Source of the DNA: Paramoeba atlantica
Taxonomy: Eukaryota; Protista; Discosea
Direction: 5' to 3'
Assembly: GCA_977017575.1 (NCBI GenBank)
Contig: CDRNVI010000058.1
Span: forward strand, 62,001-126,000
Length of the DNA: 64,000 nt
Position numbers and translations under genes: made by a program. Position 1 is the first letter of the stretch. The number at the start of each line of letters is the position of its first letter. The notes beneath the pieces are model-generated. The model worked only from the letters and a program-made list of their open reading frames with translations. It did not search any database and was not told where the DNA came from. Below, piece by piece: positions 51,401-60,257 of this stretch.

Positions 51401-54066
51401 ATAGGAGTGGGTTTGCTGACCGTCTCTGTTGGCTTCGTTGTGCTTGCCACAGGTTTTGGTGCAGATGCAGCAGGTTTCGGTGGAGCGGGTATGAAGTCAT
51501 CGTCCTCATCATCACCAAAGCTGAACTGTGGCTTGGAGGCAACCTTGGATGGGATAGGAGTGGGTTTGCTGACCGTCTCCGTTGACTTCGTTGTGCTTGC
51601 TACAGGCTTTGGTGCAGATGTAGCAGGTTTCGGTGGAGCGGGTATGAAATCATCGTCCTCATCATTATCAAAGCTGAACTGTGGCTTGGAGGCAACCTTG
51701 GATGGGGTAGGAGTGGGTTTGCTGACCGTCTCTGTTGGCTTCGTTGTGCTTGCCACAGGTTTTGATGCAGATGCAGCAGGTTTCGGTGGAGCGGGTATGA
51801 AGTCATCGTCCTCATCATCATCAAAGCTGAACTGTGGCTTGGAGGCAACCTTGGATGGGGTAGGAGTGGGTTTGCTGACCGTCTCTGTTGACTTCGTTGT
51901 GCTTACCACAGGCTTTGGTGCAGATGTAGCAGGTTTCGGTGGAGCGGGTATGAAGTCGTCGTCCTCATCATCATCAAAGCTGAGCTGTGGCTTGGAGGCA
52001 ACCTTGGATGGGGTAGGAGTGGGTTTACTGACCGTCTCTGTTGACTTCGTTGTGCTTGCCACAGGTTTTGGTGCAGATGTAGCAGGTTTCGGTGGAGCGG
52101 GTATGAAATCATCGTCCTCATCAACATCAAAGCTGAGCTGTGGCTTGGAGGCAACCTTGGATGGGGTAGGAGTGGGTTTGCTGACCGTCTCTGTTGACTT
52201 CGTTGTGCTTGCTACAGGCTTTGGTGCACATGTAGCTGGTTTCGGTGGAGCGGGTATGAAATCATCGTCCTCATCATCATCAAAGCTGAGCTGTGGCTTG
52301 GAGGCAACCTTGGATGGGGTAGGAGTGGGTTTGCTGACCGTCTCTGTTGACTTCGTTGTGCTTGCTACAGGCTTTGGTGCAGATGTAGCAGGTTTCGGTG
52401 GAGCGGGTATGAAATCATCGTCCTCATCATCATCAAAGCTGAACTGTGGTTTGGAGGCAACCTTGGATGGGATAGGAGTGGGTTTGCTGACCGTCTCTGT
52501 TGGCTTCGTTGTGCTTGCCACAGGTTTTGCTGCAGATGCAACAGGTTTCGGTGGAGCGGGTATGAAGTCATCGTCCTCATCATCATCAAAGCTGAACTGT
52601 GGCTTGGAGGCAACCTTGGATGGGGTAGGAGCGGGTTTGCTGACCGTCTCTGTTGACTTCGTTGTGCTTGCCACAGGCTTTGGTGCAGATGTAGCAGGTT
52701 TCGGTGGAGCGGGTATGAAGTCATCGTCCTCATCATCATCAAAGCTGAGCTGTGGCTTGGAGGCAACCTTGGATGGGGTAGGAGTGGGTTTGCTGACCGT
52801 CTCTGTTGACTTCGTTGTGCTTGCTACAGGCTTTGGTGCAGATGTAGCAGGTTTCGGTGGAGCGGGTATGAAATCATCGTCTTCATCATCAAAGCTGAGC
52901 TGTGGCTTGGAGGTATCGTTGGCATGTGATGTATGTAATTCATGGTTTGGATTCAGTTCATTAGCTGCTGGCTGAGGTTTTTGAAGACAGACACGCGTGT
53001 GTTGGAATGCTGCTGTATGATTCGAGTGAGCTGTTTTTGAAGGAGGTGTAGTGATGTCGTTGGATTCGGGAACCATTTTCAGCTTGTTGCGTAGCGTGGA
53101 TCTGGTTGAGGTATGTAATTCATGGACAGAAGAATGGCTAGGTGATAGAGATTCTGTTTGAATGTCTGTGTTTGCGTTTGTGAGATCGTTGTGAAGGGCC
53201 TCATATAGTATGTGTTCCACGTTGATGCGTTGAATATGTGATATCTCGGCAATGTTCTCTGCGTTCCAGGTCTTTGGTGGTGTATTTAGAACGAGATTAA
53301 TGCGCCTCTCGATCAGTTCCAGAGTTTGAAGTAATTGTCCTAACCTGTTGCGTATACTTGTATTTCTTGCAAAAATATGGTTGTCGTCCTTGTAGAAAGA
53401 AAGATTGCATTGTATTTCATTTTTGCCGCGATGGGCTGTCACGTGTTCTGAGGAAGAGATGAAGAGACTGGATGCTTCCAGCAAATCGCTATCAGTTAGT
53501 ACCCCAGGAGAAGCGGCAGGTTTGCCTGCTATGCGTTCGAGATAGAGTGAACGCTCTTTAATCAGTTTGTTTACAATACGTAAAGGAGAATTGCTGCGCT
53601 CCGTAAATTTGTGATTGTATGGGGATATACCTGCAGGGTTGACACTGCGAGCTGAACACGTAGGACAATTTTTATCGTTGAACCGGTCTCTTGGAGATGC
53701 GTGATAACGATGACCGTGAATACATGTCCACCACTTTAGACTTCTATCGTTGGCATCTAGTTCGAAGAAACCGTTGACACTTATGTGAGAATCTTCAGCA
53801 CCACATTTCTTTTGCACCGCTTCAGAGAAACGCTCATTTCCGCGATATTCGCACTCTAGATCAGGCCGAACAACAGAGAGACGGATCTGCGGTTCTTTGT
53901 CACTGACTTCAGCGGTAAGCTTGTCAATCGTTGCTGAAGCACATGTTTTGATACTGTATTTACAACGTGTTTGCATTCCATAAGGGAGCGGGACACCAAA
54001 TGTCCTACATGGTCTGCAAGCCAGAAGTGTCTGTAACTTAAAAGAGAATCTCTTTCCAGCGTACAT
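45490..54066 (-). CDS. 2858-aa protein: N-terminal zinc-ribbon-like motif, 33 x 51-aa acidic/Pro repeats, 9 x 31-aa basic repeats
   Basis: Uninterrupted ATG ORF. WWTCIHGHRYHA...CPTC motif. Repeat indels are whole codons (150/153 bp), which supports coding. Confidence 0.85.
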   Translation of the reverse strand: MYAGKRFSFKLQTLLACRPCRTFGVPLPYGMQTRCKYSIKTCASATIDKLTAEVSDKEPQIRLSVVRPDLECEYRGNERFSEAVQKKCGAEDSHISVNGFFELDANDRSLKWWTCIHGHRYHASPRDRFNDKNCPTCSARSVNPAGISPYNHKFTERSNSPLRIVNKLIKERSLYLERIAGKPAASPGVLTDSDLLEASSLFISSSEHVTAHRGKNEIQCNLSFYKDDNHIFARNTSIRNRLGQLLQTLELIERRINLVLNTPPKTWNAENIAEISHIQRINVEHILYEALHNDLTNANTDIQTESLSPSHSSVHELHTSTRSTLRNKLKMVPESNDITTPPSKTAHSNHTAAFQHTRVCLQKPQPAANELNPNHELHTSHANDTSKPQLSFDDEDDDFIPAPPKPATSAPKPVASTTKSTETVSKPTPTPSKVASKPQLSFDDDEDDDFIPAPPKPATSAPKPVASTTKSTETVSKPAPTPSKVASKPQFSFDDDEDDDFIPAPPKPVASAAKPVASTTKPTETVSKPTPIPSKVASKPQFSFDDDEDDDFIPAPPKPATSAPKPVASTTKSTETVSKPTPTPSKVASKPQLSFDDDEDDDFIPAPPKPATCAPKPVASTTKSTETVSKPTPTPSKVASKPQLSFDVDEDDDFIPAPPKPATSAPKPVASTTKSTETVSKPTPTPSKVASKPQLSFDDDEDDDFIPAPPKPATSAPKPVVSTTKSTETVSKPTPTPSKVASKPQFSFDDDEDDDFIPAPPKPAASASKPVASTTKPTETVSKPTPTPSKVASKPQFSFDNDEDDDFIPAPPKPATSAPKPVASTTKSTETVSKPTPIPSKVASKPQFSFGDDEDDDFIPAPPKPAASAPKPVASTTKPTETVSKPTPIPSKVASKPQFSFGDDEDDDFIPAPPKPAASAPKPVASTTKPTETVSKPTPTSSKVASKPQFSFDDDEDDDFIPAPPKPVASALKPVASTTKPTETVSKPTPIPSKVASKPQFSFDDDEDDDFIPAPPKPAASVPKPVASTTKSTETVSKPTPTPSKVASKPQFSFDDEDDDFIPAPPKPVASAPKPVASTAKPTETVSKPTPTSSKVASKPQLSFDDDEDDDFIPAPPKPATSAPKPVASTTKPTETVSKPTPAPSKVASKPQFSFDDDEDDDFIPAPPKPVASAPKPVASTAKPTETVSKPTPTSSKVASKPQLSFDDDEDDDFIPAPPKPAASAPKPVASTTKSTETVSKPTPTPSKVASKPQLNFDDDEDDDFIPAPPKPAASAPKPVASTTKPTETVSKPAPTPSKVASKPQLNFDDDEDDDFIPAPPKPATSAPKPVASTTKSTETVSKPTPIPSKVASKPQLSFDDEDDDFIPAPPKPATSAPKPVASTTKPTETVSKPAPTPSKVASKPQLSFDDEEDDDFIPAPPKPATSAPKPVASTTKSTETVSKPTPTPSKVASKPQLNFDDDEDDDFIPAPPKPAASAPKPVASTTKPTETVSKPAPTPSKVASKPQLNFDDDEDDDFIPAPPKPATSAPKPVASTTKSTETVSKPTPIPSKVASKPQLSFDDEDDDFIPAPPKPATSAPKPVASTTKSTETVSKPTPTPSKVASKPQSSFDDDEDDDFIPAPPKPATSAPKPVASTTKSTETVSKPTPIPSKVASKPQSSFDDDEDDDFIPAPPKPATSAPKPVASTTKSTETVSKPTPIPSKVASKPQLSFDDDEDDDFIPAPPKPAASAPKPVASTTKSTETVSKPTPIPSKVASKPQLSFDDDEDDDFIPAPPKPAASAPKPVASTTKRGETVSKPTPTPSKVASKPQFSFDDDEDDDFIPAPPKPATSVPKPGASTAMPTETVSKPTPAPSKFASKPQLSFDDEDDDFIPAPPKPATSAPKPVASTTKSTETVSKPTPTPSKVASKPQFNFDDDEDDDFIPAPPKPATSVPKPGASTAMPTETVSKPTPTSSKVASKPQLSFDDEDDDFIPAPPKPSVSVPKPVASTRKPGETVSKPTPTPSKVASKPQFNFDDDEDDDFIPAPPKPAASAPKPVASTTKPTGSVSKPTPTPSKVVSMVESVEVDLDDEPQSLSLDSSGSTKLTCQSERVKSHPPGTISDNVLPVLETSSGDTTLGVAAKEKSETDTGKRAVVDSRSVEVENVREKSANESNGNPNCENLLIVLTALLGNKNTSLSDVEKSEICRVLTLVLGVSLIAGSSTRGSLLKHMHVPKLFEIFRKCNVACTSEVSSLIQMVSLLYTGAKHSCKKGNVKTVSKAPRKKYLANEQNVPKSGMGEKLNVKQIVARGTLRSTKSDGIPKTSSRVDRRQSKAKPLPHGLTESRGISRTSYRVDRNHTKAKSIPHRKSVTLSTSVPRNEVGKICKKKYVGLSEKGEEKSPLRSFISPIAGLLPLRLKQKSKISSSNSPGSLKYQKVASIQPQRKEFYPKMQSFSRARGSDIGTKNRQFSTGPQKRESYSKVQNFASPAQSQIGIESRQPSIRPQKKAFYPEVQNFAIPRQTQIGAEHKQSSTQPQKKESYSKMQNSALSRQSLIGIENRQSSTRPQKRESYSKVQNFASPAQSQIGTRNKKASARPQRKEFYPMMQSFPRARELHIGTEDRQSNIRPQKKAFYSEVQNLAMLRQSQIGTKHKKASAQPLKKESYSKMQNSALSRQSLTGIEKRQSRTRPQKRKSYSKVQNYTSSRQSHIGIKEKTIGNALLRKRDVLEPGPFSFGNSESHKAIKENLRISGKQKQSTAQRSFLRPNETVGKSRQILLSRVSGKTDVTSPHRLQIVESNVQKGLSSKSRDPKIDSRKESRRISHKILVQHESLSRNPERRIPVFTNHSTRKMCKEKTVNYRHKTPTCMHDLSFD
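45965..46792 (-). repeat. 93-bp coding repeat x9 (PQKRESYSKVQNFASPAQSQIG...)
   Basis: The protein shows nine 31-aa units starting P[QL][KR][KR]. Confidence 0.9.
47885..52910 (-). repeat. 153/150-bp coding tandem repeat x33 (KPQLSFDDDEDDDFIPAPPKPATSAPKPVASTTKSTETVSKPTPTPSKVAS)
   Basis: 153-nt period (e.g. gggtatga at 52558/52711/52864); 33 copies counted in the translation. Confidence 0.98.
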
Positions 54067-54619
54067 TTGCCCTCCAGTACTATATCGAAATAGAACTTAG
54101 AAGATATGGAAACAGAAGACTTCTGGAAACTTATTAAAAACGTGCATAGTATTCAGTATTTTTCAGATTTCATGTAACTCAAATGTTGAGTACAGGTATT
54201 CTCCACCGGAAAGAAAAGATAAAAGGCAACGGGATTATTACACTTATCTTACAGTGTAAATATTTTAACCTTTTGAACTAACGCTCTACAGCTAAAATTG
54301 CACAGAATTCCACCATTAAGTAAGGTGTTAAGGACAGGTGGCAAAAAGTTCATGGTGAAGGGATTATTTTTCTAGCACTTATTTCACATATTGACAATAC
54401 TAAATAAAAAAGTAGCTTCTGATAATATAAAAAGATTCAAAAACTTTCTCAAAAGACGAGATTCGAGGTGGTATCTTTTGCTCGTGTACCAATGTATCGA
54501 AAAATGGAAATCTATCGTACTGTATGAAACGGACCTACCTGAGGGCTCCATATACATGTAGAATCTAACTGTTTTGTAGCATTATGGATTCACTAAAACC
54601 GTTCTTCGCCAGAACTAGT

Positions 54620-55729
54620 TCAAATGTTGGAAGAAAATCTTTTATTACCTCCTTCCAGCGGATGGACTTCTACTTTCTGTTCGTTTCCCTCTGAAACTGC
54701 TGCTGGCGGGGCTCGATATGACTTTTTCCACTCTTCGAAACTTTTGGAACGGGTAGGAAAATCTTTTCTCGGAGTTTGAGTTCCTCGTGTTGTTCCCGAG
54801 TACGCATCTTCACCGCCATGCTTCTCGTGTCTCCGGTGACTGTTTGGACTGCTAGGGGCCGTGCGAGGCCGGGATACTTCCCCAATGCGTGAGGCGTACA
54901 CTTTGAGAGCTCCCGTAAGTTCATCGATAGTTTGAATTTGTATTCTATTTTGTGAAGCCAACGCTGCTATTTCCTGCTCTCGTTTTGCCAAATCTGAATC
55001 CCATTTCTCTTCGAAGCGGTGCACGGCTCTTTCAAGAGCTTCAGTGATTTCCGCGTTGGCAGCTAACATTTTCTCAATTTTGCGCTGTAGTGCGCGACGT
55101 CGCGCAGAAGTGTAATAAATATAAAGTGAGACGATTACGAAAAGAGCAAAACCAAAAATATTGACAGAGCCAAGATTCCGCATCTGTTCGCGAGTCGAAT
55201 CTATGAAACTTTCCGCATATTGAGAAAAAACGGCGGTCGATCCCAATGCTCCGTCATTGCATTCTTCAGAAGTGCCTCCTATCTCGTCAGAACTGCGTTT
55301 TGTATTGTCATTCGCCTCCTTATCAACTTTTCGTTCAGCGAATTTCTTTTTCCCCGAGGTAGTTTCCTTTTCGAAATCTGCTGCGGGTGTCTTAGATTCA
55401 TGAATCTTGTCAGGTTTGGAATGTACAGGGCCGGTCGCATACCAACGTGTCGAACCGCCCTGCAAGTTGGAAACACATGAGAAAGGTAGGGCCAATCTGT
55501 AGTGGACTTGACAACGCATCTTGCGCAACAAGACGCTTACGTCTCGGATCCCACCCAATTTGCGCGGAAAATGCTGCATTTGTAAATAGTGACTGGTTTT
55601 ATGTGATAAAAGAGTCCTATGAAATATGAAACCAGATGTTTGAAACAAAATTTTGACGACGGGATTAAAGAATAGGATAAACATTGTATCGACCATGATC
55701 AAACTGTACGCGTGTGCGTTGATGATCAT
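54620..55729 (-). CDS. Hypothetical single-TM coiled-coil protein, probably mitochondrial; start uncertain
   Basis: TM VNIFGFALFVIVSLYIYY followed by heptad-rich RALQRKIEKMLAANAEITEALE...; basic presequence-like segment. Confidence 0.65.
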   Translation of the reverse strand: MIINAHAYSLIMVDTMFILFFNPVVKILFQTSGFIFHRTLLSHKTSHYLQMQHFPRKLGGIRDVSVLLRKMRCQVHYRLALPFSCVSNLQGGSTRWYATGPVHSKPDKIHESKTPAADFEKETTSGKKKFAERKVDKEANDNTKRSSDEIGGTSEECNDGALGSTAVFSQYAESFIDSTREQMRNLGSVNIFGFALFVIVSLYIYYTSARRRALQRKIEKMLAANAEITEALERAVHRFEEKWDSDLAKREQEIAALASQNRIQIQTIDELTGALKVYASRIGEVSRPRTAPSSPNSHRRHEKHGGEDAYSGTTRGTQTPRKDFPTRSKSFEEWKKSYRAPPAAVSEGNEQKVEVHPLEGGNKRFSSNI

Positions 55730-56472
55730 ATATTCGGCTTCCAGCTACTTAGCACAACCCAAACAGTGATGCTCTCAGTGCAACAAATTAACAGAGACGT
55801 TTTGTATCCCCCAGAGAACTGGGTAGTGTGCAAAATCCTTTGCTACACTATATTGCTCTTTGACTGAAAACTTACATGTTCTAGATCACTACACAACATA
55901 CTCCCCCTCTCATTATTTTCTATAAATATAAATTATAACAAAACTTAAAATAGATATTTAGATTTATAATTATAAAAATTAATGAGAGAGGGTAGGTGGA
56001 AGGAGGGTGATATACAACACTTTAGATGATAGGATGAACCAATTTGTTTCGCCGTAAGGATAGATTGCGGGTAAGCGGGGATGATAATTATGAGATGTTA
56101 ACTATAAATATTTGCTTAAGCGCCAATAGAGTAATGAAGGGAGGGCTAATGTACAAAAGACGGATCTGTACTTTCTGGAGAAAATTCTTTCGGTCCCTTC
56201 GTCTCCACAAACGTGATTATGCGCTGATTTCTACGAATTTCTTCGTGATCAGCGATGCGCTGCGGGGAAAAATAAAAGCCAAGCCCGTTGTCCGAAGTGC
56301 GGTCCAAACGTTTCGGGGATATAGAAATAATGTACTTTAGAAAACCTTAAAAGGATGACTCGGAACAAAATTATAAAGTTTTGCAGAAATATAAATTTTT
56401 GCAAAAAAATACCAAAGGTCATTTACGAAAATTAATGAGAGGGGGAGTACATGTTCTACATTACTACAAGAA

Positions 56473-57915
56473 CTACCATTCCATCCCCTGTATTCGCATA
56501 GGATATCGTTTCTGAGAGGAGTCCAATTGAATAGGACCAACACTACAAAAGAACGAGGGGGAACGTTCACTTTCAGATTCAACAGATGCATTCTGTTTAT
56601 CTGAGTGCAGCCGATCCGTTGAATTCAAATTCGTACTTGTACTCAGTTTAAGTAATCCTCGAACAATCGGTGCAGTGTCCGGAGTACTAACCGTTGATTC
56701 AAAGAAAAAATGAGGGTTCTCAGAAGTACATTGAATAGGTGTACCCAAAGGACCACAATTCGTCACTTTTCGTAACGACTCTGCGCCTGGTTCATACAAG
56801 AAAAGATGGAATTCGTCTACCTGAGCCCAATCTGATAAATTTTCAGCGGGTGACGGAGATTTACTCTCTTCCAACGGTGTGTTAGAGGCACCTTTCAGTC
56901 CGTGAAATTCGAATTTCAGACAAAATCGATATCGAAATTGAACCGCATCCGAATCGCTGTGAATACATTTTCCCTGGAATAATATGTTCACCCATGTATT
57001 CGTAGATGCGGAACTTTCCATTTTCAATATTTTCAGATCTTCGCAGCGCTGCTCCAAACTTGTTTCGAACGTTAAACCTTGAGAAGAGTCAGACTTTGTA
57101 ATGACTTGTCCCGACCCCAAGTCTACATTTTTCTCATGAATAAAATCTTTTCCATTGCAAAACGCATCCACAAATGGCATAGTGTCCATCGAAACAGATC
57201 TCTCGAATGCAGGAAATCTTCGCAGACCGCCATGGGGTGTACTTGAGGCACCGCAGTGTTCGATATTTGCACTCGTAGAGCTCTTGGCTACATCTCTGAA
57301 ATTTTTGTATGAATTGATGATACCGATTGATGATGATTGGGAGGGGTTGCGGGATCCAGCCGTGACTGGAGATTGGCTTTGTGCTTTTGTGCCACAATCC
57401 GAGGCGTCTGACTCAGCCGCCTTTTTAGTGAAGAGAGTTGCTGGTGTGGGGGGAAAAGTAGTTTCGACGTTGTCAAAGAATTTCATGTCGTGAAATTGCT
57501 TGGCCAGCCAAATGGATTTTCGAACCTTCATGCTTGTATCTGTGAGATTACTGTTGAGAGAACTCACGAATTCTGCTCTAAAAGCGTCGCGCAGCACTTT
57601 TTCAGCTGTAGAAGAAGAAAATCCATCCTTTAAAACTTTCTTTTGGTCGAATGGTGTGCTACCCTCACACGATTGCGAGCCGTTATTAGAAGAATGTATT
57701 ATTTGTGATTCACGATCAAGAATACGTAAAGCAATGGTGGAGATGCATGGGTTTCGGCCTACCAGGGTCTCTATCATAGCTAGAGATCTGACCCCGATGT
57801 TGCTTGACGCCTTAATAAGAGATCGATACAATGAGCATGTCAAAGATCTGTCAAAGGGACTGCTTTGCGCCAGTTCACTATTGCGCCTCTTTGAACCGAG
57901 GAATAAGATGCTCAT
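56473..57915 (-). CDS. Hypothetical protein with possible divergent C-terminal ApaG-like domain
   Basis: 480-aa ORF. RYRFCLKF..QVDEFHLFL..V..CGPLG..HFFFESTVST..VRGLL..FF.SVGPIQL loosely follows the ApaG pattern. Confidence 0.55.
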   Translation of the reverse strand: MSILFLGSKRRNSELAQSSPFDRSLTCSLYRSLIKASSNIGVRSLAMIETLVGRNPCISTIALRILDRESQIIHSSNNGSQSCEGSTPFDQKKVLKDGFSSSTAEKVLRDAFRAEFVSSLNSNLTDTSMKVRKSIWLAKQFHDMKFFDNVETTFPPTPATLFTKKAAESDASDCGTKAQSQSPVTAGSRNPSQSSSIGIINSYKNFRDVAKSSTSANIEHCGASSTPHGGLRRFPAFERSVSMDTMPFVDAFCNGKDFIHEKNVDLGSGQVITKSDSSQGLTFETSLEQRCEDLKILKMESSASTNTWVNILFQGKCIHSDSDAVQFRYRFCLKFEFHGLKGASNTPLEESKSPSPAENLSDWAQVDEFHLFLYEPGAESLRKVTNCGPLGTPIQCTSENPHFFFESTVSTPDTAPIVRGLLKLSTSTNLNSTDRLHSDKQNASVESESERSPSFFCSVGPIQLDSSQKRYPMRIQGMEW

Positions 57916-58142
57916 CGTATTTCTAAGGATGAACTCTTCGCGAATGCAGCTTAATGGTTTCCCGCAAGGCGTTAGTATTTCTTAGAAATGTCGCTAATAC
58001 TTCATATGTAACTGCAATATATTTCGCATTAAAAAAGGACTATTCCATAGGTGTATACTTTCTTCTTTTCCAAGATCATTCAACTAACACCAATAATAAT
58101 GAGAAAACAATTTTCTCTTTTAGTTATCAACATTTTCTTTTT

Positions 58143-59363
58143 TTATCGCATTGCCTTCTGCATTGAGTATTTTTCTAATCTGCATTCGGAAAGCAGCTGA
58201 AATATCCAGCTCCAAGTAACATCATCTAAATTTGTGTTGTTACGCGGGCACATGTTCAAAAGAGAAAGAACTTCGTTCATGAATGCAGAAGAGTAGGGAG
58301 GTGCGACAACGCGAGATAAAGCCCGAATAAAAGTAAAGAGCATAGAAGAATGTGTTTCCTCACTACATAACTGACCGACAAATAGAAGAACAGGAATGGT
58401 AAGACATCGTATTCGAAGTAGTACTAGAAGAGCCTGAAGTACAACATCCGTAAAAAGAAAGGCAGTGACGTCCACATTGAGAACATAATAAAACAGCGTA
58501 TGGTATTGTCGAGCGGAAGTCAACCAATACATGACACGCTCTTGTGCATCGCGTTTAAGAAAGCTAGTGCTGTATATAGTCGGGAATGAACTTTCCGAAC
58601 AAGTAAGCATCCTTGATAAGGAGGAAACAGCGGGCAATGCGGATTCTCCCCAACAATTCAAAATGAGCTGAAGGTGCAGACGATCACAAGCTAGCCACGA
58701 GTCTTCTTCAGAACTCTTGTACGTGGACATGTATTGTTCTACGGAATTCTCCTTAATGGTTTCGTTAGCAGCTAATGTTGAATAAAGAAAGGCCTCTGTA
58801 CCTTCATGTGACTCTTTGGAGGTGATGAAAGGAAATACGGATTCCATGTACGATCGTCGTATGATGTGACCAGAACATAGTCCATGGGTTCTATTTTTCA
58901 ATTTTTGAGAGACAAGACAACATGTTCTTACTTCGTCAATTTCAATCGTAGAACCACTTTGCAAACAGTTTTGTAGATGAAGGAGAAAAACGAATTCATT
59001 GCCATAACAGGCTTGCGTAGCAACTGCGGCGTCTGCAAAAAATGAGACACTCTCTTTTCCCCCCTTGATAATGTTTGTGGACCTATCGTAAATAGAGAGC
59101 AAGCGACATAATAATTCCCCTAAAACCGTGTCACCATATTTCATATAGAAATTCTGCAAAGGTCGCGGAAGCGGTAGTTCTAATATTTCACTCAAAAAGG
59201 ATACAGTTTGTTCGCAGGCTTCGTCCGAAAAACTCGGCAAGCTCAGGATAGAGTTTAGGCTGTAGAATGCGGACTCTAAAAGAAACTCTGACAGATGTTC
59301 GTCCATCGAGTAAGCAGGTACCAGCTTCTGATCTTCTTGGACATCTTCCATCCTGTCACGCAA
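58143..59363 (-). CDS. NELF-C/D (TH1)-like protein
   Basis: C-terminal LTIPVLLFV..SMLFTFIRALSRVVAPPYSSAFMNEVLSLL resembles the TH1 end ([39 protein letters not shown]). Confidence 0.65.
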   Translation of the reverse strand: MRDRMEDVQEDQKLVPAYSMDEHLSEFLLESAFYSLNSILSLPSFSDEACEQTVSFLSEILELPLPRPLQNFYMKYGDTVLGELLCRLLSIYDRSTNIIKGGKESVSFFADAAVATQACYGNEFVFLLHLQNCLQSGSTIEIDEVRTCCLVSQKLKNRTHGLCSGHIIRRSYMESVFPFITSKESHEGTEAFLYSTLAANETIKENSVEQYMSTYKSSEEDSWLACDRLHLQLILNCWGESALPAVSSLSRMLTCSESSFPTIYSTSFLKRDAQERVMYWLTSARQYHTLFYYVLNVDVTAFLFTDVVLQALLVLLRIRCLTIPVLLFVGQLCSEETHSSMLFTFIRALSRVVAPPYSSAFMNEVLSLLNMCPRNNTNLDDVTWSWIFQLLSECRLEKYSMQKAMR

Positions 59364-59448
59364 AAAATGGCTATCTCTCTACGGGTACATTACGAAGAAA
59401 AATATTTCTTGTATGAGAAGCAAAAAAAAACAAGAATGAAGAGTACTA

Positions 59449-59744
59449 CTATCCCCCCCTATTTAATAGGGCTACGTGCGACCCCCCTTTAATAGGGCCA
59501 TTTTGACTGGAAGGCCAAAATATATTTCAGGGAAGGCCAAAAAGTTTGTCGAATCCGCAGCTAAGCGGCGGATTTTTTTTCCGTGTCCGCTCCAGCAACA
59601 AAAAGTGTAACAAAAGGGAGCAGGACCTTGTTTAACAACGAAAAAAAAGCGCCGATTTTTCTCCCTCATATTATTTTCCATTTACCCTCCCTTTAAAAGG
59701 GCATTTTGCCCAAAGTCGGTGTCCTATTAAATAGGGGGGAATAG
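59449..59744. mobile_element. ~296-bp MITE
   Basis: TIR CTAT(T)CCCCCCTATTTAATAGG at both ends; TA at the left (59447-8) and TG at the right. Confidence 0.8.
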
Positions 59745-60257
59745 TGCGTCATTCGGTGTGCCTTGGCATTATTGCGGTATATTTTTGGAAAAATGAGTGA
59801 GTCACTCATGACTCACTTCGCGGCGCATTTCCCGTCCGGAAGTATACAGTAGAGGTAGTATACAGTAAAAGGGGGGATGATTCTTCATCTGTATGAAAAC
59901 GGAAGTATAAAGGGGGGTGACAGTATTACCTTATTTTCTGGTACTTTGACTATACTTCCATGAATACCTGAAATCTTGGCAGCTATTGACAGTCCACAAC
60001 TGGAATAGTAAGAAATATGCTATATAAATAGCTGTACGAGCAGCTTCCTAGACCAATAGGAATATGGACAGTATGAATTCACCAGCAAATAATGGTTCTG
60101 AATAATGGTTCTGAATTCGCGTCATACTGCAATCATGCTGGGTCCGAGTTACCCAAGATGTTGAGGCGGCATGTTGAATCAACAGTGAGGTATGAGTTCA
60201 AAATAGTGCGAAAAGATTCAGCTTTTCTACTAACATGTTCGCACATTATTGCAAAGC

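Noticed and set aside
47888-52975. 1695-aa plus-strand ORF and many 80-437-aa minus-strand ORFs in the same span
   Set aside because: Antisense or alternate-frame shadows of the 153-bp coding repeat; no unique sequence, and the plus-strand ORF opposes the polycistron.
54276-54285. AACTAACGCT (trypanosomatid SL 5' end) near TACAGTGTAAA
   Set aside because: 10-11-nt matches with no SL core or donor site; expected by chance in 64 kb.
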